Virus record (IMG/VR): IMGVR_UViG_3300032295_002982
Location: 20,266 to 84,265 of that record
DNA from: a virus
Taxonomy: Duplodnaviria > Caudoviricetes
Direction: 5' to 3' (one strand)
DNA length: 64,000 nt
Positions 52,855-62,987 of this stretch are shown in pieces; the first letter of the stretch is position 1, and every line of letters begins with the position of its first letter. Position numbers and translations under genes: made by a program. Below the pieces are notes generated by a model. That model saw only the letters and a list, made by a program, of their open reading frames with translations. It ran no database searches and was not told the DNA's origin.

Positions 52855-54192
52855 TTATCTTCCACTCAATGCTGCTCGGTTAATTTCTGATTGTATTCTA
52901 ATTCTTTCTTGAATTAACATCCTTATTTTTTCACGATTATCTTGCCATTCTTTATAAATTTTTTCTGCCTCTGGGCTTTCATCTCCATATCGCGCTTGTG
53001 CTGCCTTATATTTTTCTCTTAATGTCACATCATTGGCTTTTGCAGACTCTAAATCTTGTATGATTTGTTTTTGCTCTGCTTGTAACTGTTCCTTAGATTG
53101 CGGCGCAGGGGGATCATATACCGGTTCCGGTACCTTGTCATTGCCCACAATTCTAGCACTGGCAGCATTTACTGTGTCGCGATTTACTGTGGCCACAGCT
53201 GGCACTGGTGTTTCTTCTGCTTTCCAAGCTTCTGGCAATTTTTCCTTTGTATAGGTAACCGCATAGGCACTGTTTCGAACTGTGTTGTCAAATTCTGCCT
53301 TTACTGTCCCGTTGGGGTCATTGGGTATGGGTTTTTCTTTGAAGTAGGCAGCAGCGGCCTGTATGCCCTTGGCCGCTGTGAGTGCCAAGGCTGCTGTGGT
53401 TATAGCATCTGAGCCGCCGCCCACGGCCAAGCCCACTGCTGCTAGGCCAGCTAAACCCTGCACCATGGTGGTTTGTTGTATTTTGCTTTGCAGTTTTTCA
53501 TTGGCCAGCATGTCGTCCAAACTGTTGATACCGTCTTTGCCGGTCCAGGCCGCAGGACTTTTCAGTATGCTAACCGGCGTGTTTGCTGCATTGACCAAGG
53601 CTGCATTGCCTGGTCTAACATAACCAGCCGACTCAAGTTGATTTATAGTCAATCCATATTTGCCTAGACCCTTGCTGTTGCTGACTGCACCTGCGGGTTG
53701 ATTTACGTCATTGCTGACCTGGGCTAAGGCTCCAGTGGTCTGACTCTGATTCATGCCACCTATGCCCAACAAAGCGGTGGTACCTACTGCAAAGTCTCCC
53801 ACGGTGATACCATTGCCCAAGGGCACACTGCCCAGCACCTGACCAATCTTGGTCACAGCAGTACCCAAACTGCTGCCAACTTTGCTCACAGCACTCACAA
53901 GTCCTTTGCCCAAAGACTTCACTGCATTGCCCACACTTCCAGCCAACTTGCCCAAACCTTGGCCCAGTGTTTGTCCTGAGGTAGCAAAATTTTGTGCTGC
54001 TCCGGCCTGCGCCGAAGCTAGGCCCTGCGCTGCCTGAGTGTTGGCTGACAGAGTGTCGCCAGGTTTTAGTCCAACTAAACTGCCTGTGGCAGCCTGTTGG
54101 TCAAAAATAGCACGAGCCTGTTCAGGTGATATGTCGCTGCGAGCGGTTACTGTGTATGATTTGCCGCGACTTTGAAAGGTATATTTGCCCAT
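52855..54192 (-). CDS. Tail/baseplate-associated protein with a possible lysozyme-like central segment
   Basis: GKYGLTINQLESAGY...WTGKDGINSL...LQ resembles phage tail glycosidase-like segments; Gly/Ala-rich N-terminal part and coiled-coil C-terminus. Confidence 0.45.
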   Translation of the reverse strand: MGKYTFQSRGKSYTVTARSDISPEQARAIFDQQAATGSLVGLKPGDTLSANTQAAQGLASAQAGAAQNFATSGQTLGQGLGKLAGSVGNAVKSLGKGLVSAVSKVGSSLGTAVTKIGQVLGSVPLGNGITVGDFAVGTTALLGIGGMNQSQTTGALAQVSNDVNQPAGAVSNSKGLGKYGLTINQLESAGYVRPGNAALVNAANTPVSILKSPAAWTGKDGINSLDDMLANEKLQSKIQQTTMVQGLAGLAAVGLAVGGGSDAITTAALALTAAKGIQAAAAYFKEKPIPNDPNGTVKAEFDNTVRNSAYAVTYTKEKLPEAWKAEETPVPAVATVNRDTVNAASARIVGNDKVPEPVYDPPAPQSKEQLQAEQKQIIQDLESAKANDVTLREKYKAAQARYGDESPEAEKIYKEWQDNREKIRMLIQERIRIQSEINRAALSGR

Positions 54193-54199
54193 GGCAGCC

Positions 54200-55744
54200 T
54201 TAACCTTGAGCTATAATTTCCACACCAGCAGGCACAGGAACAGCACCAGGCGGAGGACCTGGTTGACCTGTTTCAAACGCAACGTCAACGTCAACACCTC
54301 GATTGTGATAGGGATAAGGTTCGTGCGTGGGTGCTCTAGATACAATGCTGGTCAATGCGTTTTCCTGTGCTTGCCATCCGGTGCTGTTGTTGAATGAAGT
54401 ATCATCAAACAGGGTTTTTGTGATGGGGTTGGGAGTCTGTACTTTGTCTGCTGCAGGTCCATTGAGATCTATAGCTCCGGCCTGCAGTTTCATGGCACTA
54501 CCAGCACCCCAAGAACCTGATGCACTGTTAAGAGTCAATGTGCCGTCGGCCTTGACACCTATGGTATCTTTGGAATATATTGTGAATTTGTTTTGTGAAG
54601 TGATTATGGTGTCAACCATGCTTTCAAGGTGCATGTTCTTTTCGCTCTTGATGTTGACTTCACGGCCAGCAAACATGTTGATATCACGGTCAGCATGCAG
54701 ATTTATATCGCCTTTGGTGCGAATGTTTACACTGTTGCTGCTGTAAATGTCCACAGTACCTTCTACGCCAAACTCCAGCCATGTCTGTCCATTGGCATGT
54801 GTGATGTAAAAGAAATTACCACTGTCGCTCATGGTAATTTGATGACCCTTGGATGTTCTCAAACGAATCAACGCATTGTCACCGTCAAGGTTGCCGTCGT
54901 CCATGACAAAACTGTGACCACTCACCCGGCCAATCACATTTACATCTTGAGGTTTGACTTCGCCTGCATCAATTTTTTTACGAATGTCATTGGGCTTGAG
55001 ACCACCTTGGTAGATAGGAATACCTGGAGTGCTGATTCCAAACACCGTGCTAGGACTTTCACGCTGACTGCTGGAAGTGATAGGGCCACGCTCAATGTCT
55101 TTGATAAGACCTTGTTGGAACATGGCCTGTGCTTGATAACTGTGTATTGGCCGAGTGCTGTCCCAAAATCTTGGATCGTTATAGAAAGCATCATTGTTGA
55201 CGTTGATTTCACTTACAGGCAAGAGTAGCGCACCTTCAAAGTAAGCTTTCTGGTTAGCGTTGGCCAACTCAAACGAACTGGAGGCGCCAATGGCAGGAAC
55301 CATGTGTCCCACGGTTTCGTCTGGGGCTACACCAATGTAATAACCTAGACTGCGATCACCATTGACAAATATACAAATTACAGTCACCCCTACGTCAGGT
55401 GGAGTGAACCACATGCCATAGCTGTTGGGATTGCCTGGATAGGTGCCTACAGAATCAGTGCTGCCAGTGGTTGGTGGTGGTGGGGTAGACCCAAAAAACG
55501 GCGGCATGTAACTCACCGTGGTCCACTTGCTTTCGTCTTGCATCACACTGTAGGGATCAGTGGTGCTGATTTGATTGGCTGGACCGTTGAAAGCCGGAAT
55601 AAACACACGCAATCTGCCGCTGCGGGTATTGTCATAGGTGCTCATGACAATGCCGGTAAACGGTCCAAACTCGGTGGGCACACCCCCGCGATCAAATTTG
55701 TAATTGCGTGGTCTACCTCTACTGCGTTGTGTAATTTCTGCCAT
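54200..55744 (-). CDS. Baseplate hub/spike protein (gp5/VgrG-like, N-terminal OB fold)
   Basis: GRLRVFIP, SYGMWFTPPDVG..V...F, then SGHSFVMDD and RTSKGHQITMSD beta repeats. Confidence 0.8.
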   Translation of the reverse strand: MAEITQRSRGRPRNYKFDRGGVPTEFGPFTGIVMSTYDNTRSGRLRVFIPAFNGPANQISTTDPYSVMQDESKWTTVSYMPPFFGSTPPPPTTGSTDSVGTYPGNPNSYGMWFTPPDVGVTVICIFVNGDRSLGYYIGVAPDETVGHMVPAIGASSSFELANANQKAYFEGALLLPVSEINVNNDAFYNDPRFWDSTRPIHSYQAQAMFQQGLIKDIERGPITSSSQRESPSTVFGISTPGIPIYQGGLKPNDIRKKIDAGEVKPQDVNVIGRVSGHSFVMDDGNLDGDNALIRLRTSKGHQITMSDSGNFFYITHANGQTWLEFGVEGTVDIYSSNSVNIRTKGDINLHADRDINMFAGREVNIKSEKNMHLESMVDTIITSQNKFTIYSKDTIGVKADGTLTLNSASGSWGAGSAMKLQAGAIDLNGPAADKVQTPNPITKTLFDDTSFNNSTGWQAQENALTSIVSRAPTHEPYPYHNRGVDVDVAFETGQPGPPPGAVPVPAGVEIIAQG

Positions 55745-55752
55745 GGTTGTGT

Positions 55753-58629
55753 TTAACTTTCTCTTGCCATTTGTTGTGCTTGACGTAGATCAAGACGTGC
55801 GCGGCCCAATGCTCGATCATTGGCCAACGACCTTTGTTCCCAATTGGCAAGAGCCTCGCCGGTGAGAAACTGTCTGCCACCACGAGCCGAACCAAATTCT
55901 TTCTGCAAAGCTGCTTCTTCGGCTTCCAGTCTTGCAACATTGGCCTGCAGAGCACCAAGATTTGGAGGCGGACCTTTGGGAGCATTGCTGGCATTGCTGG
56001 CCACAGAATTGTTGGTGCCATCTGTGGCTGGCTTGGGCGGCGGCGCTGGTCTTAAATCTAGTCCTCCGGGGGTAGGGGCAGCAGCAGTCGTTGTTGGTAC
56101 AGCATTGTTACTGACCGCAGGCTGTGACACTGCTCCGTTGTTGTATGTACCGCCCCGCACAGCCGCGGTGTTGTTTACTGCATTTTGTGCAGCATTTTCA
56201 CGTTGCACTGAGGCTGTACCAACACTGCCATAGCCACCGTTGATAAATCCGCCGCCACCACTTGCGCTAGGCGTTAATGGTCCTGTTTCAACGTCGCCCT
56301 GTCGCTGGAACAGGCTGGTGGGTATGAGATATGCAGCGCCTTCTAGAGTCTGATAGAAACTGCCTTTGGTAAACTCACTGATCACACGTTTGCACAGATA
56401 GATGCGACTCTGGAACGGGTTGCGATTGCGTGTTGGATCATTGCGATAGGGATCTGCTACGCCAGTGGCTGTGTCGTAGTCTACTGGCTTCTGCCAGGCA
56501 ATCTCAAACAGTACATCCTGATTTTCAAAAGCAATGGTTCCGTCGGGCAAGAAACCTTCTGCTAGGCTTGTGCCACTGAACAATTGATTGTTTGGTGCTC
56601 GCACCACACTGCCTTGAGCTATCCAGGCTGGGTCTCCCAGGATCTTGATTCTTACTTCTCTTAGATCTCCTGGTGAATACAATTGTTCGGCAAAGTTGGC
56701 TGCGATTTCCAGTTGTGGTCCACTGCCACCTGCTGAATTTTCTAGGCTGCGAGGAAAATAAACATAGTTGGCTACGTCCAGCAAATTGAATGTGGCATTC
56801 TCAAGACTGTTGTCACGTGCGCTGTCAATTTCTTGACCGGCTGCTGATCGACCGCCGCTGACTGTGAATTGATACAAGGTGTTGAGATCTTCCTTGTAGT
56901 CTAACACAGCGGTATTTTGTCCTGTGAACCAATATGGGTATCGTTTGACCACACCTGTAAAGGCCGGACTCACAAAGTATCTGCTGACAACATTTTTCAC
57001 TAGGCGGCTACCAATGCTGTACACAATACGATAAGCATAGTCGTTGCGTTTGACATCCCAATCCAGCGGTTCAGCATGCATGGCTATGGTAAACCATTTT
57101 AGTGGAGCGTTGCTGCGATTTTCGTTGGGCTTTGCCTTGCCATTCTCGTCGTATATCACCAGGCTTTGATTGCTGATGTAGGTACTGTTTCTGATCATGA
57201 GATCTATCACTTGCACTATGCTGGTACCAGCTACAATGGGCTGGCTTCTGGTCTTGAGATCAACATAGCCACGATCAGGATTAATGGTGCCAGGAGTGGC
57301 CTTGGCAGAGGCTGTTCTTTTCTTGACAATGTCTTTGTCCAACAACTCCAGTCTTGCACTGTACAACTCACCAGCATCATCACCGATGAATCTGATGTCA
57401 TACACATCGGCCTGATCAAATATTCCTTGTTTCACTAACTGCTGTTGAGCATCGTTCAAGGCCTTGACCAATCCTCGATTTGCCGTCAGTACATTTGTGG
57501 GAGCCGCTGCGGTGTTGGGGTTGGCAGCACCAGTGGTAAAGGCCACGCCATTGGTGGACCTGCCTTCTTGCTGCTGTGCTGGAGTGTTGATGTTGGTGGT
57601 ATTGGAAGCCCCGGGCTGGGCGGCTGTCCCGCCAGCTGGTACAGAACTTACATCGCCCACTGTGCCGCCTAGAACGTCGCCCACACTTTTTGAAGCCAAC
57701 TCTATGTCTGCAGGGACAGTGCCACGTCCCACATAATTTGCTTTTAGTTGCCCCACTGGTGCACATTCCCAGGTGTAGGTCACCAACGTGTTGCCCACGC
57801 TGAACTTTATGCCTTTGATCTTGAACGGAATAAACCGTTCAACTATTGCACCCTGTTGACTCACACCTTCTTGATCCACGGTGCCGCCAGTGACCTGTAC
57901 CTGCTTGCCATCTTTGTCATAACCGTAGAATCTAATCACCATGAGATACTGAGCCGCAGCATAGTTCACAGGTTTGCCCTGCAGCTCTGGTGATCTAAAA
58001 TCAGCCACGGCCTGAGCCAATCTGTCAATCAAGGTTATCCCTGTGGGCTCTACCACTGTGAAAGTCATGTTCAAGGCAAGATGTGCAGCGCCAGTGGCTT
58101 TGCCTTGCACATTGTTGTCTAGAGTGATTGAATCTATGTAGAAGTCGTCTGTGAAAAATCTGCTGCGATTCAATCCATCATTGACACCAGTGGTGCTGGT
58201 TTCTCCGTTAACTGTGGCTGAAACACTGCCGGTGAAGTTGGCCTGTGCTCCGCCGCTTTGAAACAGCAGTTGCATGCCGGCCACATTCTTGTTGGCACTC
58301 TGCAATAGCTGTAGGTACTGTGCTTCAGTCATGAGATACACCGAAGCCGAATAGCTGTAGCTGCTGTAGGCATCCAGCACATTGGGCTGCGGTTTGATTC
58401 GGAATTTTTTCCAGTATTCTTCGGTCTTGGGCTGAGAGGTCGTGGGCTGCTGTTGATTGTTGGAGGGCAACACACTGTCGTCCCCGGTTCTCAGTCGAGT
58501 TGCATTTTGGGATGTGGCCAATGCTGGATCTGGCGTGGCAATGTCTTTGCCCTGAGCCAGGGCCAGCTCAACTGCATTTCTAGGACCATTGCCGGGTGCA
58601 AACGGAACAGGTACAGGTGTGTTGGCCAT
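55753..58629 (-). CDS. Baseplate hub-like protein (gp27-like position)
   Basis: 958 aa; PNVLDAYSSYSY, FTVVEPTG, IKILGDPAWI; lies between the LysM-like and gp5-like genes. Confidence 0.6.
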   Translation of the reverse strand: MANTPVPVPFAPGNGPRNAVELALAQGKDIATPDPALATSQNATRLRTGDDSVLPSNNQQQPTTSQPKTEEYWKKFRIKPQPNVLDAYSSYSYSASVYLMTEAQYLQLLQSANKNVAGMQLLFQSGGAQANFTGSVSATVNGETSTTGVNDGLNRSRFFTDDFYIDSITLDNNVQGKATGAAHLALNMTFTVVEPTGITLIDRLAQAVADFRSPELQGKPVNYAAAQYLMVIRFYGYDKDGKQVQVTGGTVDQEGVSQQGAIVERFIPFKIKGIKFSVGNTLVTYTWECAPVGQLKANYVGRGTVPADIELASKSVGDVLGGTVGDVSSVPAGGTAAQPGASNTTNINTPAQQQEGRSTNGVAFTTGAANPNTAAAPTNVLTANRGLVKALNDAQQQLVKQGIFDQADVYDIRFIGDDAGELYSARLELLDKDIVKKRTASAKATPGTINPDRGYVDLKTRSQPIVAGTSIVQVIDLMIRNSTYISNQSLVIYDENGKAKPNENRSNAPLKWFTIAMHAEPLDWDVKRNDYAYRIVYSIGSRLVKNVVSRYFVSPAFTGVVKRYPYWFTGQNTAVLDYKEDLNTLYQFTVSGGRSAAGQEIDSARDNSLENATFNLLDVANYVYFPRSLENSAGGSGPQLEIAANFAEQLYSPGDLREVRIKILGDPAWIAQGSVVRAPNNQLFSGTSLAEGFLPDGTIAFENQDVLFEIAWQKPVDYDTATGVADPYRNDPTRNRNPFQSRIYLCKRVISEFTKGSFYQTLEGAAYLIPTSLFQRQGDVETGPLTPSASGGGGFINGGYGSVGTASVQRENAAQNAVNNTAAVRGGTYNNGAVSQPAVSNNAVPTTTAAAPTPGGLDLRPAPPPKPATDGTNNSVASNASNAPKGPPPNLGALQANVARLEAEEAALQKEFGSARGGRQFLTGEALANWEQRSLANDRALGRARLDLRQAQQMARES

Positions 58630-58630
58630 G

Positions 58631-58930
58631 CTAGAATCCTAGTGTGGCTTTGAGTGTGGCCAGTTTGGGAAGGAATATCACAGTGCCCACCGTGAAATCC
58701 AAGGGCGGTGCCTGCAGAGTATTGGGATTGCGTTGGTAGAATACCCACCACAGTGACCCTGATTCATAGAGGTCAAATGCCAAGAGATCCGGTCTGTACT
58801 GATAGGTAGCATTGATTTCAAACTGTAGGTCGTCGTCCTGTTTGGGAATAGGGCGATTGTCCATGACATCAAGAAAAAACTGTGAATATGTTGTGGTGTA
58901 GTAGGGACTACGACTGTCATATGTGGCCAT
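58631..58930 (-). CDS. LysM-like baseplate protein (gp53/tail X-like)
   Basis: YQYRPDLLAFDLY...LWWVFYQRNP. Confidence 0.75.
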   Translation of the reverse strand: MATYDSRSPYYTTTYSQFFLDVMDNRPIPKQDDDLQFEINATYQYRPDLLAFDLYESGSLWWVFYQRNPNTLQAPPLDFTVGTVIFLPKLATLKATLGF

Positions 58931-60042
58931 TACCAGTAACCTCCCTTGATCAAGTCACCATTGGCAAACTGTTTGAGACTGAACTGAGTGCTGATCTGTT
59001 GTCGTGTTTGCACTGGTATCAGTGTGATGTCAATTTCCATGCTGGTGGGCACATAGGTTGCCATGGCTGTGTTGTTGATGTTTTGTTCCAAGGGTGGCGG
59101 TGCTGGTGGATTGGGCTGCGCTCCCTTGGGCAAGCCGCCTTTCACTGCATTTAGCAAGCGGCGCAATCCGGCCAACTGATTTCCTAGAAACGGCGCTTCA
59201 CTGACCTGTCGGCGATTCAACAGACTTTGTCCATAGTTGTTGGGCGCAATAGCTCGGATATAGTCAACTTCTGTGGGCAGGTTGTAGGTAAAAGCCGACA
59301 CCACACAGGGATGATTCATGAACTGATATTCGCCAAAACCACGCAAGTAAACCAAGGGCGGAGGTGTTCCGCGCTGAGCGTCTTGACCATAAAACATCTT
59401 GGTCACACTGCGGAAAAAGTGTATCACTGCCAAGAGATAGTTGGCTTCCGAGGTATCTTGTGCTGTAAACTTGGCTCGGATTTGCACATCGTCAACCTGA
59501 CTGCTTTTGTAAAAAAGACCGCGAAAGTTGCTGTGTATGAGATTGTAGCTTTCATAACTGGCGCGATAAGCAGTTTGAATACTGGGCGTGTAGGGAAATA
59601 TCACGCCGTTGCTGTTCTGCAACGGTTTCAAGATGCCCACGTCGTTGGCTGCCACAGTGTACAAATAATCACTGTTGGAGGCAAGTTGTAACCTTACTCG
59701 CCAATCCCCAACCTGAGGATTTTTTTCTAATGCCTGTCTTACTGCCTGCTGATTTGCATTTTGTTTTGCTGCCGCAACTTGGGTGTTAAATCCGTTGCTG
59801 ATGGCCAGTCTTTTGCTGTTTTCAAGAGCAGCAGTGGAATTAGGCGGTGGTGGTGGGGTGGGCACACTCACAGGATTGCGTGTTATGGTGCCCACAACAT
59901 TGGCATTGGTTTGAGCTGCAAAGGCCTCACCAACATTGCTTGGTGCTTTTATTGCACGCAAAATATTGACGTTGGTTTGCTGAGTGGTGTAGCCAGTTTC
60001 GTTGCTTGGTACGGGCTGCGGTGATCTTGTGGGTTCGGCCAT
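58930..60042 (-). CDS. Tail tube initiator-like protein (gp48/gp54-like)
   Basis: GVIFPYTPSI, HSNF, FTAQDTSEA, PPLVYLRGFG.Y.F, VVSAFTYNLP.EVDY. Confidence 0.65.
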   Translation of the reverse strand: MAEPTRSPQPVPSNETGYTTQQTNVNILRAIKAPSNVGEAFAAQTNANVVGTITRNPVSVPTPPPPPNSTAALENSKRLAISNGFNTQVAAAKQNANQQAVRQALEKNPQVGDWRVRLQLASNSDYLYTVAANDVGILKPLQNSNGVIFPYTPSIQTAYRASYESYNLIHSNFRGLFYKSSQVDDVQIRAKFTAQDTSEANYLLAVIHFFRSVTKMFYGQDAQRGTPPPLVYLRGFGEYQFMNHPCVVSAFTYNLPTEVDYIRAIAPNNYGQSLLNRRQVSEAPFLGNQLAGLRRLLNAVKGGLPKGAQPNPPAPPPLEQNINNTAMATYVPTSMEIDITLIPVQTRQQISTQFSLKQFANGDLIKGGYW

Positions 60043-60060
60043 AGTAATGTTCCTCTATGT

Positions 60061-60089
60061 TATTTACTCGGATTTTAAACGGCACAGTT
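60061..60089 (-). promoter_or_regulatory. Late promoter with upstream AACTGTGCCGTTT box
   Basis: AACTGTGCCGTTT-10 nt-TAAATA, then a GAGG RBS before ATG 60042. Confidence 0.65.
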
Positions 60090-60100
60090 TAAGAAAAAGG

Positions 60101-60128
60101 TTGACAGCAGTTGCAAAAATGCTACAAT
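60101..60128 (+). promoter_or_regulatory. sigma70-type promoter for the late sigma gene
   Basis: TTGACA-16 nt-TACAAT with extended -10 TG; AGGAG downstream. Confidence 0.7.
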
Positions 60129-60157
60129 AAGTATTCATTTAGGAGACGTCCCACTGT

Positions 60158-61057
60158 ATGACAACCCCGGTACCCAAGAGTTCGCCCAAGGTGAACTATC
60201 TCAATAATCGTGACATTCTCAAGGAAATTCACCTCAGCAAAAACAGTTATTGCTGGTATCAAGATCGCGATCTAGATCATCAATTTGACATCATTCTGTC
60301 CGGTGTTGATCGCATCAATCAACGCACCGTAGCCGAAGCTAGACGCAATCGAGCTGATCGCATCAAACGCGAAACAGGTGTGATTGTTGACCCTAAGAAA
60401 ATACCCAACACAGACATTGTGTTTAGAATTGTGACGTGGGCCCACATACCCAAAGCGCCAAAAAAAGTCAGCAAGGCCGAACTCAAGCGACGCAAACTGG
60501 AAGATATTCTAGATCTTGACGAAAGTGATCAAGACGATGGGCTGCAAGAGCTGTTGGATCAACCTGTGCTTGATCTCAATTATGTGCGTTTGAACTTTCC
60601 GCCTTTTGAACATTATCGCATCACCGAGGATCGCGAAACTGTCTTGGTAGGTCGCAGTCATTGGCAGGGCGATCTTGAGTCTGGGGGATTTTGCAGAGAT
60701 CATGGACAGATGACCAAAAAACTGGCCATGATGTTCATGAAGCTGTGCGAACGCTATGCCACACGATCAAACTGGCGCGGTTACACCTACAACGAAGAAA
60801 TGCGTGGCCAGGCTCTGTTGCAGCTCAGTCAGATTGGCTTGCAATTTGATGAGTCAAAGTCACAAAACCCATTTGCATATTACACAGCAGCCATAACCAA
60901 TAGTTTTACTCGCATACTCAACATAGAGAAAAAGAATCAAAGCATACGCGATGACATACTTGAACTCAATGGTCTAAATCCTTCTTGGACACGACAAAAT
61001 GCCGGTAAAACTTCAGCGGATGTGTCAGGGCCAGTTACATCCATTGACATGAACTAG
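60158..61057 (+). CDS. gp55: Late-transcription sigma factor (T4 gp55-like)
   Basis: YLNNRDILKEI; GYTYNEEM...FDESKSQNPFAYYT...ILNIEKKNQ. Confidence 0.85.
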   Translation: MTTPVPKSSPKVNYLNNRDILKEIHLSKNSYCWYQDRDLDHQFDIILSGVDRINQRTVAEARRNRADRIKRETGVIVDPKKIPNTDIVFRIVTWAHIPKAPKKVSKAELKRRKLEDILDLDESDQDDGLQELLDQPVLDLNYVRLNFPPFEHYRITEDRETVLVGRSHWQGDLESGGFCRDHGQMTKKLAMMFMKLCERYATRSNWRGYTYNEEMRGQALLQLSQIGLQFDESKSQNPFAYYTAAITNSFTRILNIEKKNQSIRDDILELNGLNPSWTRQNAGKTSADVSGPVTSIDMN

Positions 61058-61063
61058 TCCCAC

Positions 61064-61978
61064 ATGATACTAGTGGTGGGAGACACCAGCGAAACACTGG
61101 CCAATTGGTGCAGGCACGAATTTGGTTCCAGTGTTTTGCTTGACAGTTCAAACTGGCAACAGGCACAGTGTGATCAGGTGTATCACACTGGCTTGGGCGA
61201 TCTTGATTTTCATCAACTCAAGTCTGCGTGTTTGTCTGCATCCAGACTGATCTACTGTGATCTAGTGCCCTGGACGGACCAAGCAGCCAAACGCAAAACT
61301 CAACAACTGCTGAATCATGTGCGCCATTTCCGCACTGTTGAAAATTTTCAACCACCGGCCAGTCAACAACAGCTCATGGGGTTTGTGCCCCAGGCCAGTG
61401 CCGGTAACACTGTATGGGCATTTGGCTGTAGTCACACCGCAGGTGAAGCATTGCTGTTGCCAGAACGTCAGCGTTACGCTGCCTTGGTGGCTGATCAGTT
61501 GGGAATGAAAAACACAGTTGTGGCCAAATCAGGCATGAGCACTCGTTGGAGTCTCAATCACATTCTGCAGACTCAATTCAAGCCCAACGACATTGTTATC
61601 TGGGCCACTACCAGTGCCGAACGTGTTCGGCGTACCACGCAGGGTCTGGCACAAGACATGATGTTGACCGAAAGTGATAGAGCCGCAGTGTCTTACTACA
61701 ACGATGATCAACTGTTGTACGAACATCTAGAGTTTATTCACATTGGTGCAACACATCTTGCTCAACACAATACCAAATTTGTTTTGTTGACATTGTTGGG
61801 CAACACACCATTGCTGGACGCAGTTGAACTGCAATGCAGTGGATACAAACAGTGGTGTCCCGCCCCAGACTGGAGACAATTTGATCGCGGAACCGATGGT
61901 CAGCACATTGGACCAATTGGACATCAACAACTTGCTCTGCGCATAGTTGATCATGTAAAATTGCTGAACTATGCCTAA
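61064..61978 (+). CDS. SGNH hydrolase-like protein with an extra N-terminal domain
   Basis: WAFGCSHTAG, VVAKSGMS, C-terminal DGQHIGPIGH. Confidence 0.65.
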   Translation: MILVVGDTSETLANWCRHEFGSSVLLDSSNWQQAQCDQVYHTGLGDLDFHQLKSACLSASRLIYCDLVPWTDQAAKRKTQQLLNHVRHFRTVENFQPPASQQQLMGFVPQASAGNTVWAFGCSHTAGEALLLPERQRYAALVADQLGMKNTVVAKSGMSTRWSLNHILQTQFKPNDIVIWATTSAERVRRTTQGLAQDMMLTESDRAAVSYYNDDQLLYEHLEFIHIGATHLAQHNTKFVLLTLLGNTPLLDAVELQCSGYKQWCPAPDWRQFDRGTDGQHIGPIGHQQLALRIVDHVKLLNYA

Positions 61979-62987
61979 CCTATTCAAAAAAGCCGCGGTG
62001 TTTACCGACATCCATTTTGGACTCAAGAGCAACAGCACGTTGCACAACGAGGACTGTTTGTCATTTGTCAAATGGGCCACTGCCAAGGCTCGAGAACAAG
62101 GGTGTGAGACAGCACTGTTTCTGGGTGACTGGCACAATCATCGAGCCAGCATAAACATTGTCACACTTGACTATAGCCTCAAGGCCTTGGAGCACCTGAA
62201 TGACAATTTTGATGCTGTTTATTTTATTCCTGGCAATCATGATCTTTATTATCGCGATCGTCGCGATATCCAGAGTGTGGCATGGGCACGGAACTTACCT
62301 AACATTCATATTTGTAATGATTGGCATATCGGTGGCGACGTGGTTATTGCTCCTTGGCTGGTTGGGGATGATTATAAAAGAATCACTAAGTTAAACGCCA
62401 AGTACATGTTTGGGCACTTTGAATTGCCTGGCTATCTCATGAACGCCATGGTGGCCATGCCTGATCATGGCGATGTGCGCAGAGAAGACTTTCACGGTTT
62501 TGAGCATGTGTTCACCGGACACTTTCACAAACGTCAAACCAAAAGCAATATAACCTACATTGGCAACTGTTTCCCACACAACTATGCTGATGCCGGCGAC
62601 GATGATCGCGGCGTCATGATTCTAGAGTGGGGGCAAGAGCCAGAGTTCCATGCTTGGCCTGATCAACCCAGATATCGTGTGTTTGGTCTAGCCAATCTCA
62701 TTGACAATGCTGCGGCCATTCTCAAACCCAAGATGCATGTGCGTGTGGAACTTGACATTGACATCAGCTATGAAGAAGCCAACTTCATCAAAGAAACATT
62801 CATCAAAGATTATCAACTGCGTGAAATGAGCTTGATTCCAGTCAAGCGTGGCGATGTTGAAACTGATCTTGCTCCGGGCGAAGTCAAGTTTGAAAGTGTG
62901 GATCAGATTGTGACTGACCAACTCACTGGCATTGAAAGTGAGTTCTACGACAATCGCTTGCTGCTACAAATCTATCACAGTCTATGA
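61971..62987 (+). CDS. gp47: Recombination endonuclease subunit (T4 gp47/Mre11/SbcD metallophosphoesterase)
   Basis: FTDIHFG, FLGDW, PGNHD, FGHFE, TGHFH motifs; next to the gp55-like gene as in T4-like phages. Confidence 0.9.
   Translation: MPNLFKKAAVFTDIHFGLKSNSTLHNEDCLSFVKWATAKAREQGCETALFLGDWHNHRASINIVTLDYSLKALEHLNDNFDAVYFIPGNHDLYYRDRRDIQSVAWARNLPNIHICNDWHIGGDVVIAPWLVGDDYKRITKLNAKYMFGHFELPGYLMNAMVAMPDHGDVRREDFHGFEHVFTGHFHKRQTKSNITYIGNCFPHNYADAGDDDRGVMILEWGQEPEFHAWPDQPRYRVFGLANLIDNAAAILKPKMHVRVELDIDISYEEANFIKETFIKDYQLREMSLIPVKRGDVETDLAPGEVKFESVDQIVTDQLTGIESEFYDNRLLLQIYHSL

Noticed and set aside
30527-60042. Bacterial contractile injection system or T6SS rather than a phage tail
   Set aside because: The gp55-like sigma, gp47, thyX, T4-type late promoters and uniform phage-like gene packing indicate a phage genome.
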